Assembly: GCA_002633005.1 (NCBI GenBank)
Contig: NMRA01000043.1
Span: 462,018-526,017, forward strand
Source of the DNA: Phoronis australis
Lineage: Eukaryota; Animalia; Phoronida
Direction: 5' to 3'
DNA length: 64,000 nucleotides
In this document: piece after piece, positions 33,431-45,939 of the stretch
Numbering within the stretch: position 1 is the stretch's first letter
Layout: the number at the start of each line of letters is the position of its first letter
Program-made: the position numbers and the translations under genes
Notes under the pieces: generated by a model
Databases searched by the model: none
Told to the model about the DNA's origin: nothing
The model's input: only the letters and a program-made list of their open reading frames with translations

Positions 33431-35000
33431 TATGTGTACCATAACTATTGTTATTACATTGGTGTAATCAGTATTTTGTACCTATTAAAGGTGATAAAAA
33501 ACATGGATTAATTCCTCATCTGCCAGGTATTAACATGCAATGTGGCAGGCACTTGTTGTTGAATTTCCCCAATAATATAAATAAATCTATACTTTTATTA
33601 GCATCGTATGTATTGTGCAGCTTTTAAAAGAAAGCGGGGGAGCTGAGTAATCACTGATTAGTGCCTCTCCTTGAACAAAACAAAATATGCCAGAATAAAT
33701 TATTGGTCAAATATGCCTGTGTTCAGGTTCATGGTTTGCTTAAATACCACTGGGTGGAGCCTCTGTTTAAGTGGTAACCGAGGGAGGGGGTTTGTTATCA
33801 GAAGTCCCACTTGTAACTACTACCCTCTTCACCTCAGTCGAAAATTACCGCCCAAGCTATGGATTAAATTGTGTTACCCACTTAACAAATTTATTGCATC
33901 CTGAGATAGTGAATGCTTGACTGTAGATCTTGGTCACGTTTTGAGTTGTTAAGACCCCCATCCAACCCACCATTCCTCTGAGGCCGGTAGGTAGAAATGT
34001 GTCTGATGCTAAGAAACTTCTTTTGTCCGCTTGCAAACTAAATATTAATAAATGGGCGGAATGGGAAACCAGCTTGATTTAAAATTTATGCAAAATAGAA
34101 ACCGAGACAAAATTCGTAATTTCATTAGATCGTGAATGTGTTTACAACTGGAAGTTCGGGTGATATTAAAAATCACGTTTTTAGAAAAAAATATTCACGT
34201 AATTACAGTATTTAAGGGATTACACTACAGACATTTCTAGTTTTTGGCTTATTTACACCAACTTCTAACCTGTTTACGTTTCAAAAATCCAGAAAAATAA
34301 CCGACCGAAATGTGTCAATATAATGGTCAAAATGTTAGTTTAAATAAACCAACAGATTTCAGAAATGATGTGTACATTCCCACATTAAAGGTTATTATTT
34401 TAGATTGACAATGAATTTTGGAGTTTCGACTGTTAACAAATTTTAGTATCGTTTTAGTCTTTGATTTTTCATTGACACTCGTGAAAAAATTAATTGGTTC
34501 GAAAATTACAACTAAATTTATTATTTTTGATCCCATCTTTGGAAACCCTTTATCTGAAATACTTTTGCTCAGCACACGTGATAGGCAGCTGACTTTTTGA
34601 AGTCCAGGATAGCTTAAATCTCAATTGGCCAATTATCATATCGCTACACAAAGAATCTTCGTACCAACGAACTATTTTTATAAAGTGTAGATATGACTGA
34701 ATTACTCGAAAACTTTTTTCACTACTTTTCTCAAGTTACAAATCACGTCTAACAAGCTGTGTTATAACATTTTACCCATTTTACAAAGGAACATGGCAAA
34801 ACAGTTCCTACCCCTGAGTTAGAATTCGGTAATTGATTTTGTTAACATACCATCTTCCTAAAATCATTGATTGGGTAGAACATGTGATTTGATTGGTTGA
34901 AATTTAGGAGTTAAAACTTATCGAAATAGGTACTGGAGGTATGTTACCTTACGAAAGCCAACTTTTTGCGCTTGCAATCTAGTTTTGGGTGCATACGTAC

Positions 35001-38000
35001 ATGCCGGTGACAAATGGACCTACAGGTAAAATAACTTATTAGACACAGAAATTCTATGAGTAATTACGCATCGTTTTCAACATTATTTTGATTTACAGAA
35101 GTCGAAATTCCTTAATCCCTGCAATTTTGCTTTGATTTAAAGGTTTTAAGAAGCCTTGTTGGAGATAATAGCCCTCGTGACACAGATCCAACACGTCAAG
35201 AAACCGAAACCCTGCATATAAAAATTTCGCTTTTAGATTATCTGTGACGTCACCATTACAATTGGTTGCTGATTTCGAATCCTAAAATGGACCACATTTT
35301 GGAACCCACGGGTAAACGAGACTTGTTTGTGCGACACTGCCACAAATTGTGAAAACAAATTAAACTTTCATTGCCAAAAGTTTGCAAATTTTTGGCGAAC
35401 CATCAGTTTCCAAACTTAGTAGAAGCAGCGTTTGATCTTGCGCCATATTCATTCCTATCTTGGGAAATTCAATCAGACACGTAACTCGTCGCACTAAGTT
35501 TATGTCATTAATTCCAATGGCGACAATAAACCTGTGTTCTGTCGAAGACACCAAGTTTTGATTTAGACCACAAGTTATATGCTTACCGATGTAAACATTA
35601 TTCTCAACTAGTTCGTTATTACTTATATGCCCGCTTTCTTTACTCGAGGTCGTGGGTTCAAGTCCCACCAGGTCACACTGCTAAACCCCTGAGCCAGGTT
35701 TTTAGCTCCTCAGCTCAGTTTTAACCATATATTAATAAAGCATAAAATATTTCCAGGTGATCAGTGCAATGGGCCCACATGCGAGGCCTGTGCACGTCTG
35801 GTACAACGTGTTTCAGACCGCCTATTACTTTTATGGCTAGACTTGATTTTTGCCAATTTGGTTTTGCAAAGAAGTGACAGTTCACTATAGGCCATGCTCT
35901 GCGAATAAAATGACATGACGTGGCAACTCATGTTATAGAGCCTGCTCTTAAGCAAAAGCTGTCCATGTTTTTCAACTCCAGAAATCACAACTGGTTTGAC
36001 TGACGAAGAATTTGAGACGAATTTCACAATGGTTACTGGTACAAATAAAAACTTCTTGTCACGGAGGGCAGGTTTCACAATAGTCACTTTAAATGCCTGA
36101 CGAAGTGAACCATGTTGCTATTAGGTGAAGTCGTGGCGACTGGTGACGTGAACTTGGATTCGACAACCGAGAGCACCCGTCGGCCTTCTCAGGACAATGC
36201 TTTTGAGACCGCGTCTGCGAGTAAGACTGATCAACAGGTAAAGTTCATATCAGTTAACTCAACGCAAAAAGCAGTAAATTAGATATGCATGTATTCTAAC
36301 TGTACTGAGGTCAAAGTTGATATTGGTATGTAATACGACGTATACAGTACTAAACCCTTTCCCGATACTTGCGCCTATATACAACATGACTGCATTTTTA
36401 CACAAAGAGATTTTTCATAAGTGTTTCTCATGAAGGCGCATGCACTAAGTTACACAAGGGGCTATTTCTGGAATATGTGTCGGGTCTTGCCAGGACGACA
36501 TTTCCAATGATAGAATTTTCTACGCTCCCATTTCAAACAGTTAAGTGTACATTCTTAGAGACTTTGTACTTTTGTCCAAGTGATTTATAATTATTTTTCA
36601 GCTATTTCAGATATAGTTGTGTTGAGCTCTAAGACCAGATTTCTGACATGAGTTTTGAGTCAACTTTCCTGAAAAAAATACCTGGTGTTGTTCTTGGATT
36701 TGCGTCCATTTCGCCGCTGTTAAGCTGTGAATGTTGAATTCTTAATCGAAGCGCTTTGGAGTTTATATAAACATTACGACGCTCATTAAATTAATCAACG
36801 AATCACGTGATATTCAAATCTCAGGCTGCGCCAACTTTGAAAGACATTACTTTGGTTTCTATGTTTGAGACGAAATGTTCTTTGGGTTTTATTACGACGA
36901 TTTCCTACATTACTCAAGAGTGGAGTTCGTTAAGAGTTTCAACGGGAAGATTCGCCTTCCAGAAGTTTGTGATTTCGTTTAGGTGTAAATAACACTGCGT
37001 AGGACATACGAATGTTTATACTCAATTGTTTCACATATAATCGTGTGTGTATGTATGTGTCACATACTGATCATAGGCTTGATTTACCATCAAATAATGT
37101 TTCTATCGAAAAGTTGTCTTTTCTCAGTGTTCAAAATTTTCTAGTGGGACACCTAATGGTTAGCCTCCACAAGATTTGAGACACAGTTCATAAACGCACG
37201 ACAGTTGCAATAAATCACGACTTCAAGCGGGTTTATTATCATATTATTCGGGTTGATTTGAAAGCAAATATTTCATGCAGGGTGAAAAAATCCAGTTAGA
37301 GAAAAGCAACCCACCTTACCCGCAACTGTTGTCGGCGTTCAATTTTGGAGTGAAAAATTCTTCAGGTGGACTTTTCATCGAAACAAAGGACGTGCACGAG
37401 GTCAGTAAACTGTAAAGAACTTGTTGTGTTAAGTATTGTCAGTATTGCTACGTCAGTAAACTGTAAAGAACTTGTTGTGTTAAGTATTGTCAGTATTGCT
37501 ACGTCAGTAAACTGTAAAGAACTTGTTGTGTTAAGTATTGTCAGTATTGCTACGTCAGTATTGTCAGTATTGCTACGTCAGTAACGCCAGGATACAAGTG
37601 TTCCACCTCTTTACTTTGGAAGAAAATACGGATTTTTTGATCTGGGTAACCCAAGTACAAAACTGAAGGGTGCTGTTTTAACCCAGTTTAATTTTGAACA
37701 TTCAAACACTTCAATTGCAGTTTGCAGCTTTAAATGTTGAGCATTACCTTAGCATAAATTTACAACTAAAACGACATTAAAGTCTTTTTCGTTAGGAAAA
37801 GCGGAAAAAGAAAAAGAAACGGGTAGATTCGACTTCGCGGTCGTCATCACGAGAAACGAGTTCTGGCACCAACGAGGGAGTCACGTAAGAGTTTTAGCCT
37901 ATTTAACATTGAAAAATGTATAATACTGATCCATGCATGGTTGGCGTTATTCAGTGGAGAAAACTGGTTGGGGCCCCTGCAAGTGACTATTGTCATGCTT

Positions 38001-38478
38001 TCTAAAATGATTAAAATGAAACTGTAACAATTCGAAACTGAAAAGAAGTGTATGGCCATTCGAATTGTACTTCATTACCTCGAAAAAAGCCACAGTTTTA
38101 CACCCCCTGTAATATTCCACGTAAGAAAAACGTCTTCAACATTCTTAAGTGCGGTTGTCCAGTTATTATAAATTTGCATCGCTACAGAACTTTGTGTTGT
38201 GAATATTAAAAGGTTTCCTGACTGAAGCATTCCTCTTTAATTAAAGAAAACGAAAGCGTTCTAAATATGGTGACCCTGTGTCTGACTCCCTCGACCACCA
38301 TCGACGCCGAATGCACCGCAAGAAGAAACGCCGCCTTCACCGCCGGGCAAAGTCCCAGGATCGTCGCCCGTGCAGTGCCGAATCTAGCACGTCTGAGGAG
38401 GCAGCAGGCCGTCGTCACTGGCCGTCATGCGAGTGCCTGCACCAACGTCAGCCCTGGTGCACGACACCATTGCCAAGG
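35001..38478 (+). CDS. Putative spliced orphan gene encoding a small Arg/Lys-rich protein (3' end uncertain)
   Basis: join(35001-35025,36125-36237,37366-37400,37796-37822,38247-38478) is GT-AG, phase-consistent and stop-free. The larger exons are GC/CpG-rich islands in AT-rich DNA. ATTGG boxes lie upstream at ~34870-34895. Some splice sites are weak. Confidence 0.4.
35645..35710 (+). mobile_element. SINE fragment (tRNA T-arm plus core)
   Basis: GAGGTCGTGGGTTCAAGTCCCACC T-arm/B box without the 5' half of a tRNA, followed by core-like CCCCTGAGCCAGG. Confidence 0.45.
37401..37583 (+). repeat. 51-bp tandem repeat x3 plus partial
   Basis: Unit GTCAGTAAACTGTAAAGAACTTGTTGTGTTAAGTATTGTCAGTATTGCTAC. 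Confidence 0.95.
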
Positions 38479-40819
38479 GTGAGACTCGAAAGAAGTTATA
38501 ACAAGGGGCATATTTTTAGAAACACGGTCCTTTTTCCACTACTAACAGCATTTTACCCTTAAACGAACACAACGATTACGTTGGTATACAGACACGATGA
38601 CGTTTTACACTTGACATGCACAGTAGTTTTCACAATTTTCCATTTAATTTTGTTTTTTCGTTAGTTCAAAATATGGTTTGTCCTATGGCCACTGCGTCTA
38701 ATCTGCTGAACAAAACAATGTTACTATCGCTGTTTTTGTTTCTTTTCAAAACTGCGATATGTCACGACGGTAAAGGAGGCCTTTGCGACTGTAATTTTCC
38801 AGTTTGATTCATCAAGATGACGAAAGAGAGGTTGAAAAAGGCCCCTTTGTGGCTGTAATTTTCCAGTTTGATTCATGAAGTTGACGACGCAAACGTTAAA
38901 ACAACACAAACAAGTGGAAATCTTTCCCGAATTGCAAGAAATCAGTCTATAGTCATCATTCAAAAATTGACCCCAGTGAATTATATTTGGTTCATAAGTG
39001 ATCATACGATATTGCAAAAAGAACACATGAATTTCCATTGAATACCCGGCCGGATCGACTCATTATCCAGCGAGTCCAGGCAGCTTATTGTCATATCTTT
39101 TGTGTTGCTTGGAGCACAAGTTTAATCTATGAAGATAATTGACTGCACACTGCTTTACTTATCAGTCAAGCAGCTGAAGTCAGTTCAATTTTGATGTACA
39201 TATACCATGTCATGGTGAACATTTTTTATGGCTCGAACACAGATTTCGGTTATTTTTATGCTCTGTATATTTGTGAGATCATTAATTCTTGATTATTTCC
39301 AAAAGTAGCTTTACACGTTGATAGACAGTGTTGTTTATTACATTTTGTGAACCTGTTCGGAACGCTCTATTAACTCTGTAAATACTCTTGAATGATTATC
39401 GCTGACCGAAATAAGTCCAGACGCCTCCGGCTTAGTGTTTCGAATAATAGAAGCCTGGGTTTCTGGAGCTCGCCTGTGCATTGGTTGATGTAGAAGTTAG
39501 TGTAAATGACAAATTCATGTAATGGATGTTACGTGATCTTAACGAAAAACTATCAAGCCATGTTGATTCGTCAAATTTCATGTTTGAATTTTCACCAAAA
39601 TATACTTTTTCAACCCAAAGTTTCATTTTTTTACAACCATTTTCCAATTTCAGTGTTCCTGCATGATGGTACCTCTGTGTAGAGTTTACTGTCAGTCATG
39701 CGGTATATCACAGTTTCAAACCTGCTCTACCAACCCGTCGACGAGCACAGCTGACTACATGTTGATGAAAGACGGGTAAGGAGGTAGTAAACGAAACTAA
39801 TCCTTTACGGAGCGGGGAAATGGGGTAAAAAATCATGGTCACGATCGGGCCGGGAGGGGCGAATGTGGGGGCGAGTGTAGCGGCGCATGTGGAGCAGACT
39901 TTAAGACAGGGCACCTAGATTTCATTTTTTTACATGTTATTTAAACAATATAAAGATCTATCACTATTTTAGATGAAATCCAGTTCGAGTAAATGAACAT
40001 TCTAATCCAGTTCCTGGCCAATTTACCCGTTGAACTTCGTTACCCTAATAACACAAAATTGGATAAAATTTAATCCACGGAGCCGAACTGATTTCATACC
40101 GTAGTTAGCTTTTGTTCCGTGAATAATAACGTAATTGTCAACTTATTCAGATATCACTGTGCACTCTGAACACACAGTCTTCTTATTAAAACACTGCACA
40201 ATCGTTTGTAGTATGGGAACTTCGTTTTTTGAAAATATTATTTTTGCTTTGAATAGCTTGCTTTCAATTTGACAAAGTCTGCTGTCTTGTATTCAGAAAC
40301 TATTGGGTTTCAACCATGACTCTGGTTATTACGTTTCATAGATTCCTTTTTACACTATTATCGAGACTATGCCCTGTAACCTTTTGTACACATGGGGATT
40401 TGCAACTCACCCCCTTGTTTAGTAATTGAGTGGTTATGCGAATTGTATTTCGTCTAGATGTAATTTATGTTAATAGAAGTTATAGCACGGATAGCTGTGC
40501 ATACTGTATTTTTGGGTGCATTCGCGTGCTGGGACCGCATTTGACCTTAATCGCGGAATTGCAGTGGTACATATTGTTATGTAATCAAGCTGGGGTTTAC
40601 CACGTGATGACGATGGAAATCTAGTTGACTTTTTGTTATGTGAATTCATCTTTAATCTATATCAAGGTTCTTTGTCGTGTTGTTTGCTTATCCGAATTTC
40701 ATTAGCTATAGCTTTTGTAGCTAGAGAGTGTGAATGTGTGTGTGTGGGTAAGCGTGTGCGTGTGCGCGCGCGCGTGTGTGTAGGGTAAAATTTCGTAAGC
40801 ACTTATGTCAAATAAATTT

Positions 40820-41930
40820 GGCAATGGCTAATCTAAATATACGTTTTTGATGAACTACAGGGGCCATATGGTCAATGTGGGATATGAAATTTTCCAAAAT
40901 TGCAGAACAAATTGATCACGTGGGGTCTGTCTTTCATTGAAAAATTATTTGAAAATGAGATTCAGTCAAAACATTCTGATGAAAAAAGTAATTACATTAT
41001 TCTGTCCGTAATAATTGAGAAAAAGTATGGTATAACAGTAATTAAAATATATAGAACTAATCCTGATGACCAAGATTTCTATTCTGATGTTGATATTTTG
41101 AAAAATATTGATACAGATTTCATAATCAGGTGCGGTGATTGGAATTTAATTCAGGATTTTGAATTAGATATTTACTCATATTCGGACTTGAATAACCCTA
41201 GTGCTAGAGAAAGAGTCTTGGATATTAGCTTAAGGCTAAATCTTGTTGATCCGTGGAGATTGGCCCCAACCCTAACTTAAAATCCTATACGCGGAAAATA
41301 CGTAATTCAATTAAAAAGCACTTCTGTATTTTTTTCTAATATCTGATAATGGGCTGGGATATAGAACCAACCACTCTTTTATAGAGAGTTTAAACTTCTC
41401 TTGTGACCAGGTTTGTGACATTTTTATAATTCCCTTTTAGAAGATAAACATATTGACTTAATTAAACAAATCTATAAATGATGTAAAATGTGATTACGCC
41501 CTTTTAGTTTGTAATAGAAATGAAATTGATGATATTCCTTATTCTGGAGAACAGTTTTCTATTGATGAAACTTTGTTTTTGAGACTCTTGTAAAAATTTA
41601 GGTCAGTTGCCTGTTACTTTTGTAAACAGAAATTTAAGGAGAGATTTCATAAAATGAGAGGTGATGAAAAACAAATTTTACGTTTTACAAAATTTAACAC
41701 AAAGCAGTCACAAAGAAGATTTTGGAAACAGACTTCAATAAGTTTAAACTAAGTTGGAAGAGCATAGACAACACCTAATGCAAGGACATCTCATTCGTAC
41801 AAGAGCTATTCCAATTGAAGAAAGGGAGAAACCCACCAAATAATTCGCTAATTTACTCAAAAAAATATGTCAATAACATCGTAACTAAATTAATAACTAC
41901 AGATGGCCAATTAGTTATTGAACAGTAGAT
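40820..41930 (+). mobile_element. Degenerate L1/Tx1 LINE ORF2 N-terminus (APE endonuclease)
   Basis: IYRTNPDDQDFY, IIRCGDWNLI and LNLVDPWR motifs, with a downstream EEREKPTK-like remnant. Confidence 0.8.
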
Positions 41931-42689
41931 AAACTAGATGGTGTGAACATTTATGATTTGCGACAAACACGTTAAATTAAATTTAAGGAATGTTATCATA
42001 ACAACTGTTTATACTAGTTGGTTCGGTCGGAACATTAAAGCGACGGAGACTCACCTAGTATTTTGTCACTGAAATTCACAGTAAGATGAATAATGTCTAA
42101 CGGACACGCGACATAAAACGACACGAAAAAACGAGTTTGATCAAACTCAGGCGGTGGGATTCAACTCAGCTTTTTATTGATAATGAACTTAATGTGTTCA
42201 ATTGTTATGCTTTACGATGTATTATTCGTTTCAGTACACTTTACATTCCTGTAAAGTTTTTACAGTATTCGTATCAATCAATTTGATTTGTGTATTGAAA
42301 CTTAGACCCTGATGTGTTGTTTAATTTAATCAAGTCAGAGGTGTGCGCGCGCGCGCACACACACACAGACACACACAGAGGCACGCACGCGTGCGCACAC
42401 ACGTAAGCACATATACTATACGCACATTATTATCATTATCATTATTATTATTGTTATTATCATATACTTATTTTATGATGGTTTTTAGCTTAAAAACCCG
42501 GAGAATGTAGAATGGTATAAAAACTTCATTAACCTATACAACATTCGCATACAACCAAATCAGGCAGGTCAGGCGTCTCACCCGCCGTCTGAAAAATAAC
42601 AGAAGTGAACGCTTGTCAGACTTTCGATCGTCAGACGGAAAACTGGTCTTGTTACCATGAAAAGTCTCTGCTCTCCCATACTTTTATTA

Positions 42690-45480
42690 TTATTGCTATT
42701 TTTATTATTTATTATAGTGACATAAGGATGCCAGTAAATAACATGTACATAATCGCCAATACAGAATATTCACCACACCCCCAGCCTCAGTGGGCTTACA
42801 CAGTCACGTTATAGCAATTAAACATATCACAATATAATGCAAACAATCAAGGTAAATAGGACAACTATAGACTAGTTTACAAGCGAATAATTATTTCTAA
42901 CTTGGAAAGCGTATTGAATGAATTTTGTTAGACCTTTCAAATTATTTTGGAATATTTGAGGTAGGGCAGAACTCCGTATAAAAATGGTTGAATATGAGTA
43001 TATTTTTCACAATCAGAAATGAAATGTACTTGATCTTCAATTCCATTTTTACAAACACGACAAATCCGTTCATTAACAGAAAATACTCTTTTACACAATA
43101 ATCATTCTTAACAGATCGATATAAGCGCAGTTTTGGTTTCTCAGTGATTATTTTAACCAGTTTAACTCCTCTAACTGGAAACTGAATGCTTTGAATCTCT
43201 CGAGAGACACAATTTGTTTGTTCTTAAAAATGTCTCCATAATTTTAAGTATTGAACTGAACCAATTGCTAGATTTTGTATGTTTATAGTCTCATAAAAAA
43301 GACTTTTTTGAAATTCTGTTCTCGTCCATTAGAACAAAACGATTCCAAAGCCTTGGGATATGTTCCTGTTGCTTGCAGTGTGGATTTGACCATCCCGAGT
43401 CGCCATAAAGGACTGCATAAGTAGCATGCGCACCCCTAAAAATATACGTAGCGTTCTCGTTCTAATCATTTCACATTTGACGTACATAGAATATCCCCAA
43501 ATTCCAGATCCATATTCTACACTTTAAGCAACTTATATTTCAAAACATTTACTGTTACTGTTGAAACCCAAATTACCAATGTTTTTATACTTTCTCACCA
43601 GTGCTCTCAACTCTCTGCACGCAGAGTCTGCCAGTATTTCAGCTGTCAAAATGAAATCCAAAAATTATTCAGAGTTACACTTAGATAGTTATAGCATTCT
43701 ATAAGTTCAACATGCGATCGCACAAAATGAATTCAAACCTCGTTCTTATATGTCCCTTCTTGCGAAAATGAACCACACCAGTTTTGAAAAAATTAACAGA
43801 CATTTGCCACCTAGCACACCAACTGCCCAATACATTCTGTAAATCCTGTAAATAAGTCTCATTACCAGAAAAATTCTAAATGTCGTCTGCAGACAAGAGA
43901 CAGGATAAATATCATCCATCAAACTTTATACCTCTGCTACAACTGTTCATAACATTAATTAAATCATTTACGAAAACTGAAAATATCTAGGCGACCTGCC
44001 TGACCTCTCTTTGTACTGGGAACCAATTGGTATAACTTGAGTGATATAGGCTTCCATCTACGCGTACAGCTATTTTACTGAATTTTCCAACCACTCCCGT
44101 ATTAATTAATTTTGCTAATAAAAAATTTCTATCTAAATTGTCAAAAGCCTTTTCCATATCGACGAATATCGCAAACGCTGCTCTGTTACAGGCTATTCTA
44201 TTTCTCAAAAGAGACGTGAGAGAAAACATGGGATCAAGACAAGTCCTGGTGGCCTTGTCGAGCACCATTTTGGTTTTTCATTCATTCTACATTCGACATT
44301 CAGAAACTCTGTTAATTTCCTGTTTAGTACATTACAATACACTTTACCCACGGTATAGAGCACACTTATGCCTCTATAGCTAAAAGGTAAATTCAAATCC
44401 CAATCTGATCCTTTCGACACAAGGGTGATAATCGTTTTATACCATAGTGATGGAAGAATTTCGGTGTCAAAGACATTCCCAAAGAGCGAAACCAAAGTTT
44501 TCATCGTCTTTGGAGATCTCAATACTTGGTATGGAATCCCGTCTATACCAGTGACCTAACCTGATTTAAATTTCCGAATAACGAAATAGACTTCAAAAAC
44601 AAAAACTTTATGCCAATATTTCGTCAACATCACCCCTGAGAGCTCAGAATTTTTCAAATCCTCTACGCTTTGGCTTTGGGCTATTGGAATTTTCGCAAAC
44701 AAATCTTTAAGACCGGCTTCCCATCTTTCCAAGGGAATAGTATTTTTATGTCACTTCTTGAGTCGAGACCCTGAGTTCTTGAGTTCCTTCCAAAAACAAT
44801 GGTGTCATTTCTACATCTTTCTTCAAACAGTGTTACTTTATTTTTCAATTATACTGACGTTTTAAAAACCTGTATCTATCTAGGGGTCTTGTATTCATAT
44901 AGTTCACTCCCCTCGTCGTTTAGTATTTTTTCTTTTTCGGCCACGTTTTTTCACAGTTGTATTAATTCGTCATTCCAAAAGGGTTTGTTTGCCTTAAATT
45001 AGACTAGATTTTTGTTGCAATTTTGAGTACACCTTAAATGCAATTCCATTTCTGTTTTCAGGATTTCGCAGAGGGAGTGATAAATTTCAACGACTTTACA
45101 TTGTTTTCGAAACTCATTTTCTAATACTAGAAGCAACTCTCTAATCGCCCTTTTAAAAATTTCATTATCCAATTCAATTTGAACCGCTTTCTAAATCGCA
45201 TATCAAGAGTTTCCCGTATCGTGATCCTCTACGAGTTCACTGGAACGTGTAGCATAATTTCTAACAATAATACACCGTGTTTAAGCGGTTTTGACTTTTT
45301 CAACGATAGCCCACGTAACTGTTGTTTAACAAGTACATCTGTACAAGAATGGACCTCAAATTTAAGACAAGACTGAAGCGACTCATGGAGGACAATAAAG
45401 TAGTCTACAACAGCTCTATGATTTTTCTAGGCAAAGTTATTGTTACATATATGTTTCCTGCTATTCACTATGCAAATTTT
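42690..45480 (-). mobile_element. Degenerate non-LTR retrotransposon (CR1/L2/RTE-like) EN-RT
   Basis: SYRGISVLYTVGKVY, FVDMEKAFDNLDRNFL, SADDI, a C-terminal RICRVC..IEDQVHFISDC, and an AAT-rich tail at ~42690. Confidence 0.85.
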
Positions 45481-45697
45481 AGTTACTGATGGCATGACAT
45501 TTGCCTGCAGAATATATAGCGTTTTGCACAACATGTTGTGCTAAGTCCTTGTAGTACAGCTGATAGCAACCCTTTGTGAATGCTTGGTTTACCTGGATAG
45601 TCTACGTTCTTGTAAAAGTTCTACACACGAATATGTGTTACTGACAATGTGGTCAGTTCCCACACTAATGTGGAAATAAATTAGTCATCAAATTTAT

Positions 45698-45939
45698 TTT
45701 CTCAGCAAGGAGTCGTCTTTGACAGTCAACAACAGTAGCTTGCTTGTTATCTAGTAGAGCTATAGTTTTAGGCTTCAGTCAGGTCTTTTACTCAGCAAGG
45801 AGTGGTGTTTGACAGTCAACCACTGTAACCTGTTTGTTGTCTAGCAGAGCTATACTTTTAGGCTGCAGTCAGGTCTTTACTCAGCTAGGAGTGGTGTATG
45901 ACAGTCAACTACTGTAGCCTGCTTGTGATCTAGCAGGGC
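45698..45939 (-). repeat. 89/90-bp tandem triplication of the TLR C-terminal tail
   Basis: The last 20 codons of the CDS recur at 45850-45788 and 45760-45698. Confidence 0.95.

Noticed and set aside
35645-35675. tRNA gene
   Set aside because: Only a T-arm/B-box is present, with no D-arm, anticodon arm or acceptor stem. It is a SINE remnant.
39700-39920. GC-rich block as an independent gene
   Set aside because: All plus-strand frames are interrupted by stops. It may be a last exon of the orphan gene or a TE remnant, which cannot be decided from sequence alone.
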